Below the pieces are notes generated by a model, which worked only from the letters and a program-made list of their open reading frames with translations, was not told where the DNA came from and ran no database searches. Shown piece after piece: positions 25,153 to 32,901 of a stretch of DNA of 64,000 bases (position 1 is its first letter; every line of letters starts with the position of its first letter). This stretch comes from an uncultured Dehalococcoidia bacterium (GTDB taxonomy: Bacteria > Chloroflexota > Dehalococcoidia > Lucifugimonadales > UBA1123). The stretch lies in the NCBI GenBank assembly GCA_964640295.1, contig CAZXFX010000015.1:32-64031 (forward strand), given 5' to 3'. A program made the translations under genes and the position numbers.

Positions 25153-26178
25153 TCACTCCAATACCTCAAGCGCCGCGTCAACCACCATGTCCTTATCAGG
25201 GACGAAGAGCGCTTCCAGCGGCCTGCTGTACGGCACGGGCGCGTGCGGCGCGTTCAGGCGGCGCGGCGGCGCGTCCAGATAATCGAAGGCTTCCTCAGCC
25301 ACCAGCGCCGATATGTCCGACGCTATCGAACAGCGTGGGTAGTCCTCGTCAACGATGACTATCTTGCGCGTCTTCTTCACCGACTCGATTATCGTCTCAT
25401 CGTCCATGGGCGAAAGCGACAGCAGGTCAACGACCTCAACGGAGTAGCCGCGCTCTTCCAGTTCTTCGGCGGCCTGAAGGCAGATATTGGTAGTGTAACT
25501 GATTCCAACTAGCGTTATGTCTTCGCCTTCTTGAGCCACTCGCGCCTTTCCGATCTCAATCTCATAAGAGGTCTCCGGCACGTCAACGTCGAACCTGATG
25601 CCCATGAGTTGCCTGTTATTGAAGACGATGACAGGGTCGTTGTCGCGTATAGCCGCCGTCATCAACCCTTTGGCCGTGTACGGATCCGAGGGCGCGACGC
25701 ACTTTAGACCTGGAAAGTGGGTGAATATCGAGTAGAGCGTCTCCGAGTGCTGAGCCGCCGAGTTGGTGCCCGCGCCCGTTCCGGTCATGATCGTCAGCGG
25801 TATAGTTACCTTGCCGCCGAACATATAGTGAATCTTGGCTGCGTTGTTGGTGATCTGGTCGGCGCACACGCCATAGAATCCCACATACATCAGGTCAACG
25901 ATGGGGCGCAGTCCCGAAGCCGCCGCTCCGACTCCCGCTCCGACGAACCCCGCCTCCGAGATGGGCGTGTCCCGTATCCGTTCGCGCCCGAAATCGCCCA
26001 CCAGCCCCTTCGTTAGTCGCATCGGCCCTCCCCAAGCGTCCTGCTTGTCCTCCCTGTCGCCTCCGCCAGCGATGTCCTCGCCCATGACGATTACGGTGTC
26101 GTCGCGGTCCATCTCCTGCCGTATAGCTTCGTTGATCGCCTGTATATAAGACACCTGTCGTACCGCTGCCGCTACCAT
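25153..26178 (-). CDS. pdhB: 2-oxoacid dehydrogenase E1 component beta subunit
   Basis: MVAAAVRQVSYIQAINEAIRQEMDRDDTVIVMGEDI...RIRDTPISEAGFVGAGVGAA is canonical E1beta. GAGGAGG RBS before the ATG at 26178. Confidence 0.9.
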   Translation of the reverse strand: MVAAAVRQVSYIQAINEAIRQEMDRDDTVIVMGEDIAGGGDREDKQDAWGGPMRLTKGLVGDFGRERIRDTPISEAGFVGAGVGAAASGLRPIVDLMYVGFYGVCADQITNNAAKIHYMFGGKVTIPLTIMTGTGAGTNSAAQHSETLYSIFTHFPGLKCVAPSDPYTAKGLMTAAIRDNDPVIVFNNRQLMGIRFDVDVPETSYEIEIGKARVAQEGEDITLVGISYTTNICLQAAEELEERGYSVEVVDLLSLSPMDDETIIESVKKTRKIVIVDEDYPRCSIASDISALVAEEAFDYLDAPPRRLNAPHAPVPYSRPLEALFVPDKDMVVDAALEVLE

Positions 26179-26321
26179 GGCGCTCCTCCTCATTCAAATC
26201 TAAGAGTTGACTTAGATAATTACGCGGGTTACGCTTGGATAAGCATAACTCGCAGGTTAGACGGGTCCTCTATTTCTATGGGGTCTGGTCTGACCTGTAT
26301 TTGTTCTTCAATTTCCAATCG

Positions 26322-27065
26322 CTAACGTATAAATGCCCGTATGTCAGGTCTATCGGATACCAAGTCTGTCAGCGCTCTCATAGCTTCCGGCACGCTCTCG
26401 AAAGACGAGAGAACCATCTCTTCCTGATCGGTCTTCAGTAGTATCTCTACTTGCGCGACCCGGGTAGCAATAGAATCAACATCTGTGTCCAGTACCTGAA
26501 CGACCGCGCTTCGTAAATCACCAGTTATCCCGGACACCATATCTGAGCCGATTTTCACTTTTGTTTTTTCATCAAGACTGACGAATTCTTCAAGAGATTG
26601 GCGCGCAATGCTCTCGCCCCTGCTTTCCGGCCAGTCGAACTCGACTCCGCGCGCCCTTAGCGTACTGGATATATGATCGAAAGGGACTTCCAGAAGTTCC
26701 ACTCCGAAACTTTGGATCATCGCTTTGGAAGGGTCAGACCAACGACCGGCGAGTACAGCGATAGATTTGCGAATTGAGTGGTGCGTCTTTCTCAGATTGT
26801 AGTGAGCTACGCATAGCCAACTGCCTTTGTCTCGGTTATGCTTCGTATAGCGGATGTATTTTGGATCTATGATAACTACTGGCTGTTCGTCAGAATCGAA
26901 AATCACCGCGTCTATCTGATAAGTGTTTCCCGTCCCGTTTCGCAATCTGGCGGGACTAATGGAAAAGCCCCTGCTCTCTACTTCTTCACGGACAGACTCA
27001 AGTACTGCCAATTCAAACAGCTTGCCGACTTCTTGTCCTAGCGCGCTTGCCGCTCTAACAACCAA
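26322..27065 (-). CDS. Putative type II restriction endonuclease (PD-(D/E)xK fold)
   Basis: YQIDAVIF...PVVIIDPKYIRY gives D...(D)xK spacing. Lies 17 nt downstream of a DNA methyltransferase gene. No similarity to dehydrogenase components. Confidence 0.55.
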   Translation of the reverse strand: MVVRAASALGQEVGKLFELAVLESVREEVESRGFSISPARLRNGTGNTYQIDAVIFDSDEQPVVIIDPKYIRYTKHNRDKGSWLCVAHYNLRKTHHSIRKSIAVLAGRWSDPSKAMIQSFGVELLEVPFDHISSTLRARGVEFDWPESRGESIARQSLEEFVSLDEKTKVKIGSDMVSGITGDLRSAVVQVLDTDVDSIATRVAQVEILLKTDQEEMVLSSFESVPEAMRALTDLVSDRPDIRAFIR

Positions 27066-27082
27066 TAGAATATGCCTTGTCC

Positions 27083-28366
27083 CTACTTGGATATCGTGAG
27101 AACGCTTTCTCTCAAAGGCACCTTGTGGCGTTGAGTGTTATGCCCCCACTTTCCGCCCCGTGTGCGTAATTGCTCTATTTCGTAGTGGGAAAAACCAATC
27201 GCGACCGCCAATTTGCCCACAATCCGTTCTGTCGGTATATGCACACCGTAAGGGGCAGAATCTCCGAGCACCAGCGCGAAATGACCACCGGGCTTCAGAA
27301 CCGTGAAGCCGCCTTTCAGAACCTGAAGAATATCCTCAAAGTATCCGGCTACCACATAGTCGTAGGTCTTCTTTCCGCTCTTGACCGCTCTCATGCCTTC
27401 CAGCTTACCTATGATGTCGGACAGGTCGCTGTGTATCCCAGAATCCACATCTCGAATTTGCGGACATTCCCTAGTCTCATTCATGGCGGACATTCGTACT
27501 TGAGTGGTAGCCGCCATAATCAGATGGTCTCGAACTTGGCGGGTAATGTCCGCCCACGACTCATGTATGCCCCAGAAATACGTTTCGAGCCTCGTGCGGT
27601 CCGCGTAGTCGTAGTTGTTGAGATAGGGCGGAGAAGTGACTATCAGGTCAATGGTTCCGCTGTCAACGTAAGAGGCGAACTTCCTCGCGTCGCCCAATAG
27701 AACATCATGTGAGGAATAGGGAATTCCCAGTGTTTGAATCTGCTGTATGTCTGTCAGCATAAGGTGGCAGCGCGCCTCGAATTCGGTGATCGCGCTCTTA
27801 TCTATTTTTCTGGAATGGCGCTTGCCGGGGGCTATGTAGGGCCAGCCTGCGCCTGCGGTTGTCACTATGCGAAGAGTTGATGTTAGCGCCAGTTTCAGGA
27901 AATCTTGTGTATGACCCTCACCTTCAAATTTCAGGATAGCGTTCCTCAACGCAGCTAATTCGCTCAGATTATTCCCAGTGAAGCATTTGTAAACCAGCGG
28001 TGGCCATATGTCCGACCAGTCTGTTTCTCCTGTCAATTCCCGCGCGCGTTGGGATACTCTATTTACGGAGTTGAACAGATCATCGAGATCGTAAAAGAAG
28101 AACATCTTGGTCTTGGCGACCCAGTGCACGAAACTGTGCGCCTCTATCCCCACTGAGTTCACGCCCATCAACTTCGCCGCGACTGAGGTAGTGCCTGTTC
28201 CAAGAAATGGGTCGGCAATGGTCGAACCGCGAGTCAAACCATACTCGCCGATCTTCGCTTCGACGAATTTATGCGAGTATCCCGCGGGATATGTGAACCA
28301 GCGATGTATTGGAGCGCGCAGACTGTCCCGGAACGACCCATATTCACTTTTGACGCTGACAACCAT
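27083..28366 (-). CDS. Site-specific DNA methyltransferase (N6-A or N4-C; motif I before motif IV)
   Basis: N-terminal IHRWFTYPAGYS. AdoMet motif ADPFLGTGTTSVAAKLMG. Catalytic motif IDLIVTSPPYLNNYDY. Confidence 0.85.
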   Translation of the reverse strand: MVVSVKSEYGSFRDSLRAPIHRWFTYPAGYSHKFVEAKIGEYGLTRGSTIADPFLGTGTTSVAAKLMGVNSVGIEAHSFVHWVAKTKMFFFYDLDDLFNSVNRVSQRARELTGETDWSDIWPPLVYKCFTGNNLSELAALRNAILKFEGEGHTQDFLKLALTSTLRIVTTAGAGWPYIAPGKRHSRKIDKSAITEFEARCHLMLTDIQQIQTLGIPYSSHDVLLGDARKFASYVDSGTIDLIVTSPPYLNNYDYADRTRLETYFWGIHESWADITRQVRDHLIMAATTQVRMSAMNETRECPQIRDVDSGIHSDLSDIIGKLEGMRAVKSGKKTYDYVVAGYFEDILQVLKGGFTVLKPGGHFALVLGDSAPYGVHIPTERIVGKLAVAIGFSHYEIEQLRTRGGKWGHNTQRHKVPLRESVLTISK

Positions 28367-28381
28367 GGGATATCTAAAGTC

Positions 28382-29368
28382 CTAAGCGTAGTTGACGTAC
28401 ACGTCTGTCATCAGTTCATCGGGTTCGGGGAACGGGCTTTCGTCGGCGAAGGCGATTGCCGCGGACACGTCCTGCGCGGCTTGGTCGCGCAGAGACTCGA
28501 GATCCGACTCGCTCGCTATCCCATTGTCCAGTATGTGCCGCGTCAGGCGTTCGATGCAGTCTCGCGCTTCGTAGTAGTCCTCTTCCTCTTGAGTTCTGTA
28601 CCCTAGCGGGTCGTCCGCGCCGAAGTGCCCTTGGTAGCGATAGGTCATCGCCTCTATCAGCGTCGGCCCTTCGCCGCGTCTGGCTCGCGCCACCGCTTCG
28701 CGCGCGACCTCGTGCATTTCTACGACGTCCTGGCCGTCCACCGCGACGCCCGGCATATCATAGCCCGCGGCGCGGTTGGCTACCGACGCGCCCGCCACGG
28801 TAAACTCGAACGGAGTGGATTCGGCGTAGCGATTGTTCTCGCAAACGAACAGAACAGGCAGTTTCCACACGCTTGCTAGGTTCATAGACTCGTGCAGCGC
28901 TCCCTGGCTCGACGCCCCGTCTCCAAAGAACACCACGCTCACCTGGTCAGTTCCTCGGACTTTCGCGCTTAGCCCCACGCCGGTGGCGACCGGTATATTG
29001 GATCCCACAACCCCGTTCGCGCCCAGCATCCCCTTGTTGATGTCCGCGATGTGCATCGTGCCGCCCTTGCCCTTGTTGGTGCCTGTGGACTTGCCCAGCA
29101 GTTCGGCCATCATCTCATTCAGGTCAACGCCCTTGGCGATGCAGTGGTGGTGGCTGCGATGCGTTCCGAGCGCGTAGTCGTCGTCGCGCAGATGGGCGCA
29201 GATGCCGGTCGGCACCGCCTCCTGGCCTATGGACGAGTGCATACCGCGCAACTTGCCCGCGTCCGCCTCGCGCCTCGACTGTTCTTCGAACCTGCGTATC
29301 GTGACCATCGTCCTGTACATCCACAGAAATGTATCTTTATTTAGATCAGAATAAGCGGCGCTCATCAT
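28382..29368 (-). CDS. pdhA: 2-oxoacid dehydrogenase E1 component alpha subunit (TPP-binding)
   Basis: TIRRFEE..., YALGTHRSHHHCIAKG, and TPP motif FFGDGASSQGALHESMNLASVWKLPVLFVCENNRY. GGAGGAG precedes ATGATG at 29365-29370. The ORF-track N-terminal extension to 29632 translates a REP-like repeat (RQAQDER). Confidence 0.9.
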   Translation of the reverse strand: MMSAAYSDLNKDTFLWMYRTMVTIRRFEEQSRREADAGKLRGMHSSIGQEAVPTGICAHLRDDDYALGTHRSHHHCIAKGVDLNEMMAELLGKSTGTNKGKGGTMHIADINKGMLGANGVVGSNIPVATGVGLSAKVRGTDQVSVVFFGDGASSQGALHESMNLASVWKLPVLFVCENNRYAESTPFEFTVAGASVANRAAGYDMPGVAVDGQDVVEMHEVAREAVARARRGEGPTLIEAMTYRYQGHFGADDPLGYRTQEEEDYYEARDCIERLTRHILDNGIASESDLESLRDQAAQDVSAAIAFADESPFPEPDELMTDVYVNYA

Positions 29369-29527
29369 CTCCTCCGTCAAAATCATGTATGCGTGCAAAG
29401 TCTCTGGAACGGACGCTGCCTGAGACAGTTCCCATGTCCCGAACAACCATGGCGCGAGTGTAGCAATCATCCCCCAAACCGTCAATTGAGCTTGCTGCCT
29501 GTACAGGGTCATTCGATTATCCGAGAA

Positions 29528-29600
29528 CCGTTCGTCCTGAGCTTGTCGAAGAACCCTGTCAGTCAGTTCGCAGTCATCTTGTAGAATAACCGAAAGTCCC
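29528..29600. repeat. REP-like repeat copy (CCGTTCGTCCTGAGCTTGTCGAAG ... CAGTTCGCAGTCATCTTGTAGAATAACCGAAAG)
   Basis: Aligns block by block with 184-266. Confidence 0.85.
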
Positions 29601-29775
29601 TGCCTGCCTGTACTTTGAGTGAACTTTGGCAAGATGCTGCCAGCCTCTCGATCTCTCTTTCCACCTTTCCCTCCGCTATGCTACAATCTATACATCAAGA
29701 ACATAAGTACGTTAATTTACTGAAATTTATGGACGGACATTCAGGTGTCCAAAAAAATATCCGTGAACTGGTAAA

Positions 29776-29877
29776 TGCAGGTGTTTGCAGGTGGCGTGCA
29801 GGTCTAAATCCCACCAGTTGCCCATCAGCGCGCTACCAGCAGACTACCTGCAGGCCACCTGTAAAGCCACCAGCGCA
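29776..29877. repeat. Array of helically phased heptamers: 3 inverted TGCAGGTG(G) units, then 6 direct C(C/T)A(C/T)C(A/T)G units
   Basis: Inverted units start at 29776, 29786 and 29797. Direct units start at 29811, 29822, 29833, 29844, 29855 and 29867 (spacing 11, 11, 11, 11, 12). CCTGCAGG at 29847-29854. Related to 15-58. Confidence 0.8.
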
Positions 29878-30044
29878 ATTTCAGAATCCATAAACTAGCG
29901 CAAATATAATCATGCGGCGAAATCCATATCAGTATAGTCAGGCGAGCGCCGAGCGAACGCAAATACGCGCAGAAATCCTGCCGGCCACCGGACATTGACT
30001 ACCCTCCCGCCAAACCGACGCAGGCTCCGAATTCCACCTCGATC

Positions 30045-30073
30045 TACACAAATCCAAACAAATGCGCTATAAT
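30045..30073 (+). promoter_or_regulatory. Candidate promoter for rplI-dnaB (TACACA-N17-TATAAT)
   Basis: -10 TATAAT at 30068-30073. Weak -35 at 30045-50. Confidence 0.3.
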
Positions 30074-30190
30074 GCGAGATAAAGTACGTAAGTTCGCATT
30101 TTCTTCATGGGCGACTGTATGGCACAATAGGGTGGTTGACTGGTTCACGCAGATATACTCAAACAATAATTGACCAGAGGTAGCTTGCCC

Positions 30191-30754
30191 ATGAGAGTCG
30201 TATTTTTAGAAGATGTTCCTGGAGTGGCGCAGGGAGGAGATATTAGAGAGGTAAAGAATGGCTTTGCGCGCAACTACCTGATACCGAAGAATCTGGCGGC
30301 GCCGGCCACGCACAACGCTGTGCAGCGCGTTCAGAAACTTCAAAATCGGGCGCAAGTCAATCGGATTAAGCGTCTTGAAGATATGAAGGAACTCGCAGCC
30401 GAGTTCGACGGGGCGCAGGTCAGCGTGGAGATGCGCGCGGGAAGTTCGGGGCGACTGTACGGATCGGTTACGAACGCCATCATCGCCGAACGGCTGGCTG
30501 AACTCACCGAGAAAGAGATTGATCGCCGCGCTGTCGAACTTGCCGAACCGATCCGTGAACTCGGCTCATACGATTTGGTTATCAAACTGCATCCCGAAGT
30601 CGAGGCCGATATATCGGTGTTAGTGTATCCGACTGGGATGACTGCCGAAGAGTACGCCGAGTCTTTGAATCCGCCCGAAGAGGAGGAGGGAGGAGAGGCC
30701 GTCGAGTCGGAGGCGACCGAATCCGAAATTGAATCTGAAGAAGGACAAAACTAG
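30191..30754 (+). CDS. rplI: 50S ribosomal protein L9 with acidic C-terminal extension
   Basis: MRVVFLEDVPGVAQGGDIREVKNGFARNYLIPKNLA is the canonical L9 N-terminus. Tail EEEEGGEAVESEATESEIESEE. Confidence 0.9.
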   Translation: MRVVFLEDVPGVAQGGDIREVKNGFARNYLIPKNLAAPATHNAVQRVQKLQNRAQVNRIKRLEDMKELAAEFDGAQVSVEMRAGSSGRLYGSVTNAIIAERLAELTEKEIDRRAVELAEPIRELGSYDLVIKLHPEVEADISVLVYPTGMTAEEYAESLNPPEEEEGGEAVESEATESEIESEEGQN

Positions 30755-30822
30755 GGGCTGACCGCGCCGATCCGCGCTTGCGGAGATATTCGATTGACGG
30801 TCGCCTAACCGGGAGGCAGGGC

Positions 30823-32199
30823 TTGGTTACCGACCGTCTTCAACCATACGATAACGACGCCGAGGAGTCTGTCATCGGCTCCATCCTCATTGACGGCGAA
30901 GCGATTACGGGCGTGAGCGCGTTCCTGAAGTCTGAGGATTTCTACGTCCAGCGCAATCGCAAGTGCTACGACGCTTGCATGGCTTTGCTCGAACGCGGCG
31001 AGGCCATCAACCAGGTTACGGTGGCTCGAAAGTTGGCGGACGCCGAGGACCTTGAGTCGGTAGGCGGCGCCCCCTATCTTGGGCATCTTGTTTCGAGCGT
31101 TCCGACATCTGTCCATATCGAGCATTATGGTCGCATAGTGCATCGCATGTCGGTATTCAGAAAGATCATTCGCGCCGGCAGCGAGATTGTTGACATGGGC
31201 TATGTGGGCGGCCCCGACTCGGATGATGTTCTCGCCAAAGCGGAAGAGGTTCTGTACCGTATTCAGAGAGGTCGGGGAGAGCGCGACTTCGCCCATCTTC
31301 GCTTCTTCCTGGACCAGTACATGGAGCAGAGCGGCGCGCTGCAGGATATTAGTTCAGTATCTCTGGCGCCGGTCATAACCGGTTTCCCAAGTATGGACGA
31401 GCTTCTGGGCGGCGGATTGCAGCGTTCCGACCTTGTGATACTTGCGGCGCGTCCCAGTCTTGGCAAGAGCACTCTTGCGCTCAATATGGCGCGGCACGCC
31501 GCAGCAGAGGGCTATGCCTCCGGCATATTCAGCCTCGAAATGAGCGGAGAACAGATAGCGGTGCGCCTGCTCGCGTCCGAGGCCGACATAGACAGCCATC
31601 GTTTGCGGATGAATCTCATGCGTGACGACGAGGAGCACAGGGTATTGGACGCCATAGGCGCGCTGTCCGACCTCGCCGTCTATATTGACGAGACGCCTTT
31701 TCAGACGGTCATGGAGATACGCAACAAGTCTCGGAGGCTCCAGCAGGAGCACGGATTGGACTTGCTGGTGGTGGATTATCTTCAGTTGATAGACACTGGC
31801 AGAAACGACAATCGCGCGGTTGCGCTAGGCGAGGTGTCGCGCTCTCTCAAAGGACTCGCCCGCGAACTCGACATACCAGTCCTCGCCTGCTCACAGCTAA
31901 GCCGCGCGGTCGAACAGAGGCCCAACCACCGCCCGATGCTTTCAGACCTGCGTGAGTCCGGCAGCATCGAGCAGGACGCGGACGTGGTCGCTTTCATACA
32001 TAGAGAGGATCAGTACGTGAGCCGCGAAGATTGGGAGCGGAAGTTTCCGTCCGAGCAATATCCGGAAAACATCGCCGAGATAATCGTGTCCAAGCATAGA
32101 AACGGGCCGGTTGGGACTGTGCCGTTGTATTTCAGAAACGACAGGGTGCGATTCGAGTCGCTGGAGCCTGCGCGCGCGATGGAGTACGCGGCTGTATAG
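30823..32199 (+). CDS. dnaB: Replicative DNA helicase DnaB
   Basis: DAEESVIGSILIDGEAI, Walker A AARPSLGKSTLALN, Walker B LLVVDYLQLI, and SQLSRAVEQR. GGGAGG lies 6 nt before TTG 30823 (ORF-track start 30778 is also possible). Confidence 0.9.
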   Translation: MVTDRLQPYDNDAEESVIGSILIDGEAITGVSAFLKSEDFYVQRNRKCYDACMALLERGEAINQVTVARKLADAEDLESVGGAPYLGHLVSSVPTSVHIEHYGRIVHRMSVFRKIIRAGSEIVDMGYVGGPDSDDVLAKAEEVLYRIQRGRGERDFAHLRFFLDQYMEQSGALQDISSVSLAPVITGFPSMDELLGGGLQRSDLVILAARPSLGKSTLALNMARHAAAEGYASGIFSLEMSGEQIAVRLLASEADIDSHRLRMNLMRDDEEHRVLDAIGALSDLAVYIDETPFQTVMEIRNKSRRLQQEHGLDLLVVDYLQLIDTGRNDNRAVALGEVSRSLKGLARELDIPVLACSQLSRAVEQRPNHRPMLSDLRESGSIEQDADVVAFIHREDQYVSREDWERKFPSEQYPENIAEIIVSKHRNGPVGTVPLYFRNDRVRFESLEPARAMEYAAV

Positions 32200-32214
32200 A
32201 GAGGTATGCAATAG

Positions 32215-32901
32215 GTGAACCAGGACAGCAGACAGCCATATCCGGGATTCCCCAGAAAGGTGAAGCAGGTGCCTGTGCCCGCGCCATTGCTTGGATCGCT
32301 TCTGGAACGGATTGACGACTTGGCGGAGTTGAAATGCGCGCTTCGCGTCATATCGCTGCTCAGCGAGAAGAGAGGCTACCCCAGGTTTCTGACGCTGCGA
32401 GAGATCCAGTCCGACGATATACTGGCGCGCGCGCTGCCTGACAGCGGCAAAGACAAGTCGGCGGACATCATCGAAAAGGCGCTTGGAAGGGCGGTCAAAC
32501 GGGGGACGCTCTCGTTTGTCGTGATGGGATCTGGACAGAAGCGGCAGCCTGTTTTCGGGTTGAACACCGCTTCAGACCGCGCCGCTCTTGCCAGGCTGGT
32601 TGATAAGTCGCCGGAGGATCTGGCGCCCGAATATGAGCCTGTTGCCGCATCAGTGGAGCGCTCGAATATATTCGAGATGTATGAACAGAACATTGGGTTG
32701 CTGAGCCCCATAATATCCGACCAGTTGCGCGAGGCGGAGCAGATGTATCATGAGGATTGGATAGCGGACGCTTTTGGAGAAGCGGTGGCGCAGAATAAGC
32801 GGAGTTGGAGGTATATTTCGGCGATACTCGAGAGGTGGGAGCGCGAAGGCAGGGGATATGGAGAACCTGGAAGACATCTTAAAAAAGTTACGGGATTCTA
32901 G
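32215..32901 (+). CDS. DnaD-domain replication/primosome protein
   Basis: C-terminal IFEMYEQNIGLLSPIISDQLREAEQMYHEDWIADAFGEAVAQNKRSWRYISAILERW matches the DnaD/DnaB_2 domain pattern. Located between dnaB and a loader-like gene. Confidence 0.75.
   Translation: MNQDSRQPYPGFPRKVKQVPVPAPLLGSLLERIDDLAELKCALRVISLLSEKRGYPRFLTLREIQSDDILARALPDSGKDKSADIIEKALGRAVKRGTLSFVVMGSGQKRQPVFGLNTASDRAALARLVDKSPEDLAPEYEPVAASVERSNIFEMYEQNIGLLSPIISDQLREAEQMYHEDWIADAFGEAVAQNKRSWRYISAILERWEREGRGYGEPGRHLKKVTGF

Noticed and set aside
29776-29877. Possible CRISPR array (also 15-58)
   Set aside because: The units are 10-12 nt with no spacers, partly inverted, and no cas genes are present. They are phased binding-site-like repeats instead.
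29880-30060. oriC / DnaA-box cluster upstream of rplI-dnaB
   Set aside because: Only degenerate (A/G)AATCCA repeats are present (about 29882, 29919, 29952, 30029, 30050). There is no TTATCCACA-type box, no dnaA or dnaN nearby, and no AT-rich unwinding element that I can support.
30078-30092. GATAAAGTACGT(A/T)AG shared by the rplI leader (30078-30092) and the nuclease-nuoM junction (55691-55705), with related copies at 29703-29716 and inside nuoM (56663)
   Set aside because: The 14/15 match is real, but it is short, one related copy is plainly coding, and I cannot attach a function. It is noted only in case a genome-wide motif search finds more copies.
30136-30159. TTGACT ... TATACT just upstream of rplI as a promoter
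   Set aside because: The spacer is only 12 nt, which is incompatible with a sigma70-type promoter.
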